This document shows, one piece after another, positions 51,471 to 64,000 of a DNA stretch of 64,000 nucleotides. The translations under genes and the position numbers were made by a program. Within the stretch, counting starts at the first letter, position 1, and each line of letters opens with the position of its first letter. Source of the stretch: the human T2T-CHM13v2.0 reference genome, Homo sapiens; assembly GCF_009914755.1 (NCBI RefSeq), contig NC_060931.1; one strand, given 5' to 3'. The notes under the pieces are model-generated. The model did not search any database. It was given only the letters and a program-made list of their open reading frames with translations, and was not told the origin of the DNA.

Positions 51471-51692
51471 CAGCAGCTATGGAAAATAGTATGGGGTTTT
51501 AAAAATATTTAAAATAGTACTAACATATGATCTAGCAATTCTACTTCTGGGTATATGTCCAAGAGAATTAAAATCAGATCATGAAGCGATATTTGCACTC
51601 CCATGTTCATTGCAGCATTATTCACAGTGGCCAAGATATGAAAACAACCCAAGTGTCCATTCATGCATGAGTGGATAAGCAAAATGCAGTAT
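51471..51692 (+). mobile_element. L1M ORF2 C-terminal fragment
   Basis: gctatggaaaatagtatgg...atatgatctagcaattctacttctgggtatat...catgttcattgcagcattattcacag. Confidence 0.75.
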
Positions 51693-51860
51693 AGAGGCCA
51701 AGGATAAACTTTGCCTTCTCCATCTGAAGGTTCACTCAAAAATCAACTAACAAAAGGCAGATTAATAGGAGAAGGCATACAAATTTATTGACATGCATGA
51801 GAGTCTTACAAAATGTAAGACCTGAAAGAAATGGCCAGATGGTTGGTGACAGTGTCCAGG
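51693..51860. mobile_element. MER4-group ERV1 LTR fragment
   Basis: aatcaactaacaaaaggcagattaataggagaaggcatacaaatttatt is a motif common to MER4-group LTRs. Confidence 0.55.
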
Positions 51861-52039
51861 ACACTGTTTTCCATGCACTGGAGTCATAATTACATGAGAA
51901 TGCCACGTGAATGTGTTTGAATCAAAACTGTGAGTAATTTGGTTGGTGCTAAAATTCTGTGTTTGCATGGAATGTAGTTTTGATAGTTACTTCATCTGTC
52001 AAATGAGGGGATTGTAAGGTTATTGTATGACCTTGGGCA

Positions 52040-53190
52040 TACCAGGAAATCTGTTTCCTGAATAATTAGGTGAATTCCTTACCTTGAGGCCCCAAGACAA
52101 TTTAGGGCTCCTGAGCCTGTCAGAAAGTGACATTCTGTACTTACTACAGGTTAGGAATGCTGCACAGGGACTGTGTAGACAAAGTATGAGGTAGCTTTCC
52201 TAAGGGTCTTATATTTGCTCTATAAATCAACTCTGATTCTTTAAAATTAAAAAAATTAAATGTTTTTTATTTATATATCTTTTTAAACTTTTACTTTAGG
52301 TTCAGGGGTATGTTTGTTATTTAGGTAAACTCATGTCACAGGTGCTTGTACAGATTATTTCATCACCCAGGTACTAAGCCTAGTACCCAATAGTTATTTT
52401 TTCTGATCCTCTCCCTTCTCCCAACCTCCACCCTCAAGTAGGCCCCAGTGTCTGTTGTTCTCCTCGTTGTGTCCATGTTTCATCCTTTAGCTCCTACTTG
52501 TAAGTCAGAACATGTGCTGTTTGGTTTTCTGTTCCTGCATTAGTTTGCTAAGGATAATACTCCCCAGCTCCATCTATGTTCCTACAAAGGACACAATCTC
52601 ATTTTTTAATGGCTGTATAGTATTCCATAATGTATATATACCACATTTTCTTTATCCACTGTGCCATTGATGGGCATTTAGGTTGATTCCATGACTTTGC
52701 TATTGTGAATAGTTCTGCAGTGAGCATATGTGTGCATGTAGAATAATTATAATTTATATTTGTATTCCTTTGGGTATATATCCAGTAATGGGATTGCTGG
52801 GTTGAATGGTAGTCTTTGAGGAATTGCCACACTGCTTTCCACAATGGTTGAACTAATTTACACTCCCACCAACAGTATATAAGTGTTCCCTTTTCTCTGT
52901 AACCTCACCAACAGGTATTTGCAGGCACAGATAAATCTGTGGCTTGGCTAAAAGCTTTGAAAAGTCTAACTAAGATTCCTTATGGAATAAAGTTCCAACA
53001 AAACCAACTAAAAAAAAGAGCCTATATGGCAAATAATTATGCTTGTTGATTTTATGCAAATACTCAGGCCAAGTATAATAAGACTAACACTTATTTTTAT
53101 AAATAAATCTGTCCTATAATTTGTCTTTAGTAAAAATGGGAACTGGAAAGAGAAAAATTATGTTTGAAAATAAACTACAGTATACCTGTT
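52040..53190. mobile_element. MER4-group ERV1 internal sequence, split by an L1PA
   Basis: gggctcctgagcctgtcagaaagtgacattct...agggactgtgtagacaa and aaagagcctatatggcaaataatta...caggccaagtataataagactaa. Confidence 0.65.
52280..52912 (-). mobile_element. L1PA15/16-like 3' fragment
   Basis: ggtaaactcatgtcaca...acccaggtactaagcctagtacccaatagttatt...caagtaggccccagtg. ORF 52599-52844 is ORF2 C-terminus-like. Confidence 0.85.
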
Positions 53191-54288
53191 TTTTTAAAAA
53201 AGGAAATCTCTTTCCTTATCTGTAGAATACAAAAGAGGGACTCTATGATCTTTATGTTGCTTCTGATTTCTGAACCCCTTCATTGTTTCTTTTGAGGCAG
53301 TTACTATAACTTGTGATCATTTTGTTTGCTTATTTTTTTTAATTTTTGAATTATAACACTAACTTGAATGTAAGTTCCATGGAAGTAGAGACCATAACTA
53401 TTTTGTCCACTGATTTATTTGGCTAATGCTTAGCATATATTAGATGCTCAACAATAATTTCATAAGTAGTGATATGGTTATTTGGTCCAAACAAAGAGGA
53501 ACTATAATTTTTTTGGAGGCAGATAGATTTATGACTCTATTTTATATACATGGTCTTGATATTTTTTGGTACACATGGTACTGCTTAGCAGTGATGTTAA
53601 CTTGATATTAAAAAAAAACCACCCAGCCCTACATTAGTTAAGATACACTGTAATTCTGTAGTATATCTGTACAAGGTCCATTTTAAGGTTAAGGAAATTG
53701 AAGTGTACATATTTTGTATATGAATGAGCCTGGGCCCATTTCACTGAGCACATACAAGTACCTAGCTTCTGCTCCTCCCCTCAGCTACTAGTTAACTAGC
53801 ATGTTACTTACATGCTGTTTTTATATCTGGTATTTGATATATGTGTGAGCACTTGAGCTTGCACTGTTGTTTGGTCTGTAAAAGGGAAAATGAAACATAA
53901 ATACATTGATGTTGACCTTGAGATAATCAATTAAGCCCAAACAGGTTTACAAAAGAAGCTTTTAGTTTCTTAAAGATGTTAAGATTACACAGAGCACTAA
54001 AAGAGCAGAGGCCCAGACCAATTACATCTCATTTTATGAGTCCTGGAGAGGATGTATATTTGATTCTTGTTGTTTTTCCTCACGGAGTCCTTCTTTTTTT
54101 CATAAATCAAGACCAATCAGTCATAGGAACATGAAATTCCATTTATATTCTAAAATGACTAATGGCTTGGCTTTTGGTCCTTTAGTTCAAATTGGGATGA
54201 AACAGAATAGTAGCTATGTGTAATTCACAAATGGACCCTGTCAGGTCTGGCCATGTGCATGTCCACAGGGGTTGAACCTGAGTGCAGG

Positions 54289-54678
54289 TGTCTTAATCCA
54301 TTTTGTGCTTTTATACCAGAACACCTGCGACTGGGTAATCTATACAGAACAGAAACTTATTTATCACATTTCCTGAGGCTGGGAAGTTCAATATCAAGGT
54401 GCTGGCACCCTGTGAGGGCCTTCTTGCTGCATCATCCCGTGGCAGAAGGGCAAAAGATCACATGCGCATGAGAGAGGGAAGGGAACCAAATTTGTCCTTT
54501 TGTAAGGAACCCACTCCCAAGATAACAAACTCACTTCCATAATATTGGCATTAAACCAGTCATAAGGGCAGAGCTCTTGTGGCTTAGTCACCTCTTAAAG
54601 GTCCCATCTCTCAACACTACTGCATTGGGATTAAGTTTTCAACACATGAACTTTGGGGGACACATTCAAACCATAGCA
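54289..54678 (-). mobile_element. MSTB/C-like MaLR solo LTR
   Basis: tgtcttaatccattttgtgct...aggctgggaagttcaatatcaagg...aactttgggggacacattcaaaccatagca. Confidence 0.88.
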
Positions 54679-55559
54679 CTCAGTCTCCTCCTTATTTTTT
54701 AAAGGAGTTAATAATAAGCATGGCTATGACTGGGATGAGACTGAAAGGCCACCCCTGCTTTCCTGAGATCCACCTCCAAACCAGCAGGGTAAGAGTCTCT
54801 GATTCAGATAAATGGCTGTGGCTACAGATTGTAGGATACGCTTTTTCCAGAGGAGGAAAAATGTCTCTATTGAGTGGTCTGTCTGTTGTCTTGAAATGTA
54901 TATCCTTCTTTCCAATAACCCCTTATTCTAATGTCAACATTTACGTAATGAATTTCTTAATGTAATTGTGTAGGTTGATTTCAAACCTGGAATATTCCAG
55001 ATATATCTTTTCATTAAGGAGTAGAAAAACAGGAAATACGTAGTAAGACGTGGAGTGGAGGACTGTGTAAGGTTAACATCAGAAAATAATCTTCCAGGAG
55101 CAACCCCGTACTTTTTTTGTTGCTGAATATTCAAGGCAGTAGCATTTGCATTTTTGGTTAGCACAGTCAGTAATAACAGCCTTCTATACTGTCACAGTCT
55201 AGGAACCTCCAATCCCAGCTCTATTTCTTCTGCTCTTCCTCAGCAGGAAACTTCCTTTAGGATTGGAACATAAAGCCCCTGGCTCACAGGGTAATCAGAG
55301 CCATGCCAGTGACAGGTGATGGGAGAAGAGATTTAAAACATTCCTTCCTGGGCTTTAAAACCCAGCACCTACAACCCTTTAGATTCACCTTGGGATCATA
55401 ACTCTAGATACGCTCTTTCCACTTGTTTGTGAGAGATAGGCCAAGTTACGTCATCAAATCTGTTGAATGCCCTCTAGATACAAAGCAATTTGTGAAGATG
55501 AAGATGGGACAAGGAGCCAGCACTGAAAATGATCAGTGTTGCTCAGCAAAACCGACATG

Positions 55560-56060
55560 TAAGCCTGTTAGCAATGAATGACCAGTGAGGGTTTTCCAGC
55601 AGGAGAGTGCCTGATTAGATCCACATTTCAGAAGGGTCATCCTGGAATATAGGTGACCTCAGAAACATGATGATTATGTTAGACACAAGAACTGATGTTA
55701 TTTGGATTAACACAGCACCAGAAGCGATGGATGGGTGGAGGAGACTGTTGAGACATTTTGGGGATAAACTGAACATATTGAGTGAATCACTGAAAGTGAA
55801 AGTAAAAGAGAGGGGGAGTTGGTTGAGCTTTCTAGCCATGGTGTCATACTCCAAGATGATGAGCACAGAGGGTACTGCCCGTTTAGGAAGGGAATTTTGA
55901 TTTTGATGTGACTACAGGATATCTAGGTAATAAACAGATGGAAATAATAATTCCAGTAAACAGATGGAAATAATAACTTAGAGCATAGCAGAAAGTTGAG
56001 GGTGAGAGAGAAAGATTTAGGAGTCATCAGTATAAGAGTAGATCAATGAAACATGCAAGT
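55560..56060 (-). mobile_element. L2 fragment
   Basis: cagtgagggttttccagcaggagagtg...gatttaggagtcatcagtata. Confidence 0.55.
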
Positions 56061-57394
56061 TTGAAACTGTTGTTACTAGAGTGTCTTCCCAAGATGGTGG
56101 CTGTGCTGGTACATCTTTTTGCTCCTGCCAACAGCTACCTCTTTCCACAGAGATCTTGAAAAAGAGGAAACAAACCAAAACAACCAACAGCAGAAGCTGG
56201 GGGTATGATTATTCACATGTCCATGATGATAACAGAACTAATGGTTCAGCCAACATAATTCCTGGCCTATGCTGAGGACATTGTAAATTACATATTACAC
56301 CTGAACCTGCTCTGATCAAGGCCACCTCTGTGGAACAATTGTCTTGTGAAAACACTGCTGCTTTCGCAAGGGTCTTTCATTCTTTTCTGTGGCTAGGCCT
56401 TTGAGAGCTCAACTGGTGAGAGCTACTTCTCTCCTTCTGTTTTGTCTTTCTTAGGTGTACAGATGGGTGCTGAGATTCAAGTGAATGTGCTCATGAACAT
56501 GTGGATGTTGGGTGTTAAAGCATTTCTACATGCATTGACTTTCTGGAGATGACAGTGGCATCACATTTTAAGCAACCCACAAAGCTGGACATCAGTTGAA
56601 AGTGAAAATCATCTCCTAAATACCAGTGACAAACACCTTAATTCTCTCTCCATCTTAGAATTGTAGTGCACGCAGTGTTTTTTTTTTTTAAAATAAATAA
56701 TTGCTTTGGGGTCTATTAAGAGTTGGAGGTCAGCAAACCTGCTTTCTGTGATTCATATGCTTTGAGGTTATCTTAAAGCAGACTTGACACAAGCATCCTA
56801 CAAGTCTGACAATACACAGTGCCTGGATACTTGCCATGTAAAGATCCCTCATTGCTATTGCTCCATTTGAGAAAGGTCTTAGATAAGTGATTAGGATATG
56901 TGCCATGCATCCATCAAGGTCACAAGCAATGTTTGGGATTTAAATTGCTGCATTAATAGTTCATTGATGCCATTTAGGATACTATCTAAAATTCATGTAG
57001 TCCTCTAGCAATACCAAATGAGACATTTTAGATGGCCTTCCAAATGATACTACTCAACAAAACAGCATATCTATGTCTTGTGGAAATTCAAAGACACTTC
57101 TAATACAAAAGCTGTCCACAGTGTGCAGGTAAAAGACAGAGAACACAGGAAACAGTGCTGCAGATCAGATTCCGTGGAGCATTCTTGGAGGTTACTGATC
57201 TTCTCTGAAGGCTCTGGATGAAACTGACTTTCTTCTATGGAAGTGAGTCTGAGCTGCAAAATTCAGGGTTGTTTCTTCAAGGGACCCAGTCAAGGCTGTC
57301 TCAAGGGTGGCCTATTTGAGGCCACATATTGAAGAGAACTTGTGTGACTGCTAGCACCTAGAAACTACAGAGCTCTCTTAAAACGTTAAGGAGG

Positions 57395-57695
<301 letters not shown>

Positions 57696-57699
57696 TTAC

Positions 57700-57830
57700 A
57701 GACTAGAGTGTCCAATTTGGAAGGGACATCACAGATCACCTTGTCCTAACCTTTTCATTAACCAGAGAGATTAAGCGACTTGCTTGACACAGTCTAGACA
57801 GTGGCAGAGCTGGGCCTGGAAATGTAGATG
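57700..57830 (-). mobile_element. MIR
   Basis: cagagagattaagcgacttgc...cacag...gtggcagagctggg. Confidence 0.6.
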
Positions 57831-59724
57831 CTCCTTTGTAAGCCTGAGGCTGTCCTTCTTTTCTGAACTTGATTATGGCAGGAAGGCACAGAGGAACAAG
57901 GATGGCATTAAAATCAGGAGACTTGCGTCTAGGTTCTCTAACTCAGTCACTACTGGCAAGACCTTTGATATGATGATGGGCCCTATTTGACTTTCTGAAT
58001 CGGTACCTCATAGATTCACCAAATGAGGATAAGGAGCTTATTTCAGGGGTGCCATTCTCTGAATCTCCCTCAAATCACTTCTTATCTTTGGCATTACAAC
58101 AAACTGTTACAAATAGCATTAAATTGTGGTGGTCAAACTGTTTGCTGCCAAGGACCACTGAAATACACACATCAAAGCAGCTTCCTAGAGGGTGGTGTTG
58201 GAGCAGGAATGGGGTGATAGGGTCTGTCTGGAGGTAGGGCTGACTGAGTCTTCTGGTGGATGTGGGCTGCCCTCACTGGCAGAACAAAACAGCCAAAAAA
58301 CTATTCTCATCCAGTCGTATACAATTTTTAGTAATTAACCCTAGGAAAAGCTCAGAAAGATTTAGGAGAGAAAAATAAGTGTTTTCTTCTTTCACACCAA
58401 GTTTATTTGAAATAGTTGGAGACAGGGCATAATTATAAATATCGGCATTTTAACAGACTGACATTTGGTTTAGTTCAGGGTCCTTTGAGGACCCACCAGA
58501 ATACCTTTGAGAATTGTACCAATTATTTCAGTTTCCCACGACTCTAAATGACCTGCTTTTACTCTTCAAGCTGGTTTCATGTTTAGCTGTCGTTTGTGGC
58601 AAGGGCTAAATGATATTTTACCCTCTTACCTTATCTGGCTGATCACTGCTACGCTTGCATGAAAACACCTGTGCCAAATTCAAATGTACTACTTACTAAC
58701 CTACTTACAAAAGCCCATCAATTATCTTCACAGAAGCAGAATCCTCTAAAAGCCTGGAGTTTTGTGCTCCATTTTCACAAGACAGCTGTTCAGATTTGTG
58801 CTGCTTATGATGGGAACACTCACGATTGTGAGTCACTTGTACCATTCCACAGGGTGAGGGAGGCTGACTGCCAGGACACAAAGACCTTGGGCCGAATTGT
58901 ACCTGGATTTTTATGAATACATGTAATTAGAACTGATACGTAACTCTACCCATCTTTTAAAAGTCATGTTTCCTTCTGGCCTAACCTTAACAAGTCTTCA
59001 ATTGCCCTTACTTTTTTGCTTTAGGTTTTAAGATGTTTTATGGTTATCTGTATTTCAGACTCACTTAGAATTTATAGCAGCAAAGAAGGACAATAACCAA
59101 TAATCATTATATATCTACCATTTGCTAGTCGGTATATGCAGGGTATACTTTCCACCGCTCTCTTTTCTTTGCTCTTGGCCACCATTGCTAATCAATCATG
59201 GGCACTCTTTTCACTGAACCCCGATAAGGCCTCATGATTCTCAGCACAGCACTCCAGGAAACTACTATCAATTGGTCTGAATTAAGATGAAATCCCTTTT
59301 AACTGTAGTAGTAGATATTTAGTATTTTCTTTATTTCATTTTATCCTTGTAACAAAGATTCAAGCAGGCCATATTGTTTCTTACAGTCATGCATATTAGA
59401 GCTAAGTTTACTTAAATAGGTTGCCCAACCACATTCAGTAGTCTAAATCCACATTTACGTTTTTGGACATAAATTCCATGCTGTTTATACTACATTATAA
59501 AGATTCCCATCTAAAGACAAGGCTTTGTGTGGCTTCTGGATCAAAACATTATAAAATACAGACTGCCCCTAATTTGGGGGGGAGATTTTATTCCAAAAGT
59601 TCAGATAAAATAGTAGTGATGGTAATCAATGTTTGCACAGCACTTGGTATCTGTTCTCCTTGGGAATTTGGGAATAGGCAAACGTAGAAAAAGTCAACAC
59701 AACAGAGTCTCTGGCTCCTTAGCT

Positions 59725-60085
59725 TGTCTATTCATTCATTCCACAAATATTTACTGAGTGTTTAGCACCGTGACAAACATTAGGAAGACAGTAGTGAAGT
59801 AAACAGACACGATCCATATGCTCATGGAACTTATGAGCTAGTGGGGCAGACGGGCATTAAACAAATAAACCTAAACAAAAAAGAACGGAGCCTTTTGATA
59901 GGAAATAACAAAAAGAAGCTTACATTTCACTGAATGGTGAAGGCATCTCTTAGGCAAAGGTATGCAAGCTGATCACCAAAGGACCCATAAGAATTAGCAA
60001 GGAGAAAAGTTGGGGACTAGCGTTTAGGAAGAGGGAATGGCATGTGGGAAGACCCCAAGTTGGCAAAGAGTTTAGCTTGGTTAAG
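59725..60085 (-). mobile_element. L2 3' end
   Basis: ttcattcattccacaaatatttactgagtg...gctcatggaacttat..ctagtgggg. Confidence 0.7.
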
Positions 60086-60347
60086 AGAGATTTGATTGTT
60101 TCTCTAAGAATCTTCTCTTACATTTTGTAGTCCTTGGAAAAGGGGAAAGTAATAAATCTATTCAGGACTATTTATAGAGATGTTGGCAAATAGCAGCTAA
60201 GATGGTCATGTTTAGAAAACACATATGCCTTTATAAAACATAACACTCTTAGTCCTCAGGGATATGGTAATACCTTTTAGTAATATGGTCACTTGGCTCC
60301 AAAGTAGGGAAGACATCTTGAGCGAGACCACATTATACCCCCTTGCC

Positions 60348-60720
60348 CATGACATAATAAGAAATATATATTTGGTCTCTGCCCCTCATTCCTGACACAG
60401 AGCTCCTAAAACTTTTGAAATTTCCTGAGTGATGGATGTGATAAGAGCATCTTACACAAAGCTCCTACATGTTTTGGAGTTTCCTGGGTGATAGGAACAT
60501 CTTTTGTCCTCGAGATGACTCTGGGTAGGCTCCTGGATAGCTTCAGAATGGGGCTGGTCACCAGAAACACCAAACCATGGTTAGAAGCTTGGAACTTTCA
60601 GTCCTACCACCCATCCTTTGGGGGAGGAGAGAGGAACTGGAGATTGAATTAATAACCAGTCATGTTTTTGTGAGGAAGCCTCCAAAAAAAATCCCTAAAC
60701 TATGGGATTCAGAGAGCTTA
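60348..60720 (+). mobile_element. MER21-like LTR fragment
   Basis: taataagaaatatatatttggtctctgcccc..ttcctgacacagagctcctaaaac...ggggctggtcaccagaaa...ttggaactttcag. Confidence 0.8.
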
Positions 60721-61117
60721 TGGAGAACTAAGGAAATAATTTAAGAAAGCAGTACCACTAATAGAATTTAAAATGGCAGCAGAAGCAATAACAAAAAGCA
60801 AAATTGACCTTATAGAAAACTAAATCATGATACAATACCAGCATGATAAACTTAGATGGGTAATCCATCTAACCAAGTTTATGTCCAAGAATATATTTAT
60901 CCCCTGGATATTTCCAGTTAAGGTATGGTAGTTGGGAAAGTACCAGGTATTTGGAGGTAGGAGTAAATGAGAGATAATCTTCTCTAATGACAGAAACATT
61001 CAGAGACTCAGAAACAGATGTTCAGAAAGTGAAGGTTGATTCTGTCTGTGTCTATTAGCAAGCTCCACACAATGAATGCCATGCAAATAATCATGTAGGC
61101 AATGTGGACTGTAGTTG

Positions 61118-61300
61118 AAATTTTTATTTAGATAATTCATGTGCAGTTGAAAGGAATAATACGGAGAAACCTCATGTGCCCTTTACCCAGTTTTCCCCAG
61201 TTGTAACAATGTGTAAAACTGTAGTACAATATGGTAACCGGGATATTGACATTGATACAATCCACTGATCTTATTCAGATTTCCTAAATTTTACCTGTGA
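61118..61300 (-). mobile_element. L1MC 3' end fragment
   Basis: ccctttacccagttttcccc...ggatattgacattgatacaatccactgatcttattcagatttc. Confidence 0.7.
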
Positions 61301-63089
61301 TAATGTTGATTTAAAGGCACTGGAACCAACACTTGAAAACAAGGTCCACTTACTTGTACTGTTTCCAAATCTAACTACCTCCACTAAGTTGATCACCAAA
61401 CATCCTGTCAATATATCGATCCATGATTGTAAAAGTGCTTAGGGCAGTGGGAACTTAGAGAAGGCACTTCATGAATTTCGGCTCAATCTCAATCTGAAAT
61501 TCATTTTGGGGAAGCGTAATAAATGTGCTTGCTAACAGTGGTCAACAAGGATGCTGTGCCTCGAAATTGTACATATTGTCCAAAACACTGTGAAATCAGT
61601 GTTCTATTCAGGATTCAAAACATAACGTGGAGTGGAAACAGAAAGCAGCATAATTATTTCTTTTGTCAGAGAAGTAACTAGGTGTTTACCGTGGCCCAAA
61701 GTAGGGTATAAATGCTAATCTAAGAATAACTACCCTCACTTTTCGAGGGTAATTATTGTAATCAAAGGGCACAACAAGAACAGAGCAGTCAGCTGCCTGG
61801 TTACATAGTATAAATACGGTAAGTGGCAACTTGAGAAACAATGTGCAGGTATCAGGAGAAAAGCTCTTTACAATATTCTGTTATGGTCAGCCAAGAAGAG
61901 AAATGGAAATTTAATGTTTGCAAATGGCTTTTATTCAGGTACCCAGTACGACTCGTTCTGAACATTGAAAGAAAGGGAACATTGAAAATAAATTTCCATC
62001 ACAGGAAATCACAAATATGCTGAGGGATGCATGGATTCTGGATATGAGGGGGCATTGTTAGTAATGAAACCCTTGGTGCTGGCCGCCATGAGTTGAGTCA
62101 CGGGTTTTTTTCAAGGTGGATCATCTCTATTTAGTTTGAGGCACTTCTTTTGAATCCTCATATTAAATATGTGCTCTTTTTTAGTTCCGGATCTGTGGTT
62201 GGTCAAAATCCTAACTCAATTAAACAGAAAACACTTAAAGAATAGTTTATTTTCTCTCTTTCGAGCAGTGTTTCTCAGCCTGTTAAATGCATGTTCCTCT
62301 GTAATTATCCTAAAAACCTCACTTCTTCCTGCATATACTTGATATAGACCACTTTCAACCTTTTCACTTTTCCCCACCAGTCAAGAAGATTCTGTTGTTT
62401 GTTTTATAAAAGAGTAGATATTTTTCACCTTTTAGACCTAAAATTATGTTATAATACTGCATATCCTTCTTGAGCCAGTTCCAAAGATGATGATTTAGGG
62501 CTGTCGACTGTTGAGTTTCATTGCCGCCTCTGTGAACAGGAGCACTGACAGACTGCTCCAATTAAAACTTAAATAAGATGCTTCCACTTCGCTTGTTTAG
62601 CTGAGCTAAAAGGTAATATTTCAACTCACATAATCTCAGTGCTTTTCCCAGGAGTTGCTATCTGACCAATGGGCAGCACCTTGACAATAAAGTTGAATAT
62701 AAAATCTCACTGTGGCCATTATTCTGATGTCAAGGAAAACATGACAAACACACAACCTACCACTGTTGTTATTCATCTCCATAAATACTCTCTTTCTGGG
62801 TAACACTAAAACAAAGCGAAAATTGCAATGCCAGCTCAAGTTCTATACAGTCTGTGTGAATAGACTCAAAGACGACTAGAGCTGAAATAGCCTTAGGAAT
62901 TGTTTAGTTGAGTTTCTTCATGTGAGTGATGAGGAAACCAAGGCAAAAATAAAATTGGAATCCACATTTTCCTGATTGTCAATCCTCTAACAATATTTTC
63001 AATATAACAAGGACTTCCATGTATATTTTTATGTTTCATTTTGCTTATTAATAAGCAGTTAAGATTTAAATAGATATATACACTTACAA

Positions 63090-63270
63090 AACATGTCCAT
63101 AAAAAGTGCTTTCACAAAAACTATATGAGGTAGATACTGTCATTATCCTCATTTTAAAGATGAGAAGATGAAGCTTAGATGGTTTATATGACTTGTCTAA
63201 AATTTAGTTCTCCAGCAAGAGGCAGAATCAAGAAGCAGATGAATTTAACTCTTTTGATTCTAAAAACCGT
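63090..63270 (-). mobile_element. MIR
   Basis: atgaggtagatactgtcattatcctcattttaaagatgagaagatgaagcttaga. Confidence 0.7.
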
Positions 63271-63459
63271 AGTATCCCCACTGTACTACTGCATTGTTAT
63301 AGGAAAATCAAGAAGATTGTTTCAGGCATCTTTGAACACAGTGTGTGTTTTCATTTGCAAATCAGCTGCATTTGTGAAAGAAGTAAGCAACTCTTCAACA
63401 TGACTCTATGCAGTCTTATCTTATATTGTCACAACAAAGCATAAATTTGAAATAGACCC

Positions 63460-63675
63460 AGTACTGTTCAGTGGTTTAAACCCCCAGCACTGCCACATAC
63501 TAGCTCTGTGATTTTGGGTAAGTTCTTTAACCTCTCCAAACTCTTAGTTTACTCGTTTGAAAAAGTGGGACAAAGATGTCTACTACAGGGAGTCGTTATG
63601 AGGATAAATGAGGTAACAAGTTTAAAGGCCTAGCACAGTGCCTGCCACATAGTAAGCTCAACAAGTGGGACTTAT
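63460..63675 (+). mobile_element. MIR
   Basis: cccagcactgccacatactagctctgtga...aacctctc...atgaggataaatgag...tagcacagtgcctgccacatagtaagctcaa. Confidence 0.8.
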
Positions 63676-64000
63676 TCCTGGTGCCTAGAAAAGGAAGGGA
63701 AGGGGGAGAGGGGAAGCTCCTGACCGGCGTTGCTTCTGGAGAGTATAGGCTGCTGGGGTGCTTATGGGTAAACTTTTTCTTCAGGCTGTGAATTCTTAGT
63801 CACTCACATGGTAAAAGAACCCAAAGGCAATCATTATAAGAATATAAATAGAATTTGTAATCATTAAATCGGCAAAAGAAAATTTGATCCATCCACTAAA
63901 AAGCAAGCAAATATAGTAAATGAAAAATATGAATAAAGTATAGTAAAGAAAGCACAGTGAATGAGAATCATGAGATGAGGTGAGATGGTAGAAAGAAGTC

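Noticed and set aside
55931-55976. 20-bp direct repeat taaacagatggaaataataa
   Set aside because: A single small local duplication in an L2 with no further structure.
60846-60882. Imperfect hairpin ataaactt-agatgg...ccatct-aacc-aagtttat (a similar small one at about 61727-61755)
   Set aside because: Short and bulged, within chance expectation for 64 kb of AT-rich DNA.

Overview
This is primate (human-like) non-coding genomic DNA. It is AT-rich, CpG-depleted and made mostly of interspersed repeats: L1 (L1PA2, L1PA7/8, L1PA15/16, L1PB, L1MA, older L1M), Alu (J/S/Y), MaLR and ERV LTRs, L2 and MIR. I cannot support any host protein-coding gene, RNA gene, CpG island or CRISPR-like array. The long ORFs are L1 ORF2 remnants or antisense ORFs of repeats, and I could not identify the locus. 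The most unusual structure is at the 5' junction of a young L1PA2-like insertion (17955-18834). A perfect 48-bp-arm palindrome there is an inverted copy of the target-site flank, and its loop region repeats the first 9 nt of the L1, which records a fold-back and double template switch during integration. That L1 faces a second, inverted L1PA2 about 2 kb away, and both share a non-consensus Cys->Arg change in the ORF2 zinc knuckle. Other points of note are several templated-insertion repair scars, a recent 206-bp tandem duplication inside an ancient L2, a TSD-bounded full-length L1PB, and a few candidate splice sites. I found no evidence of a new gene system. Subfamily calls are by eye from remembered consensus features and need RepeatMasker/Dfam confirmation.
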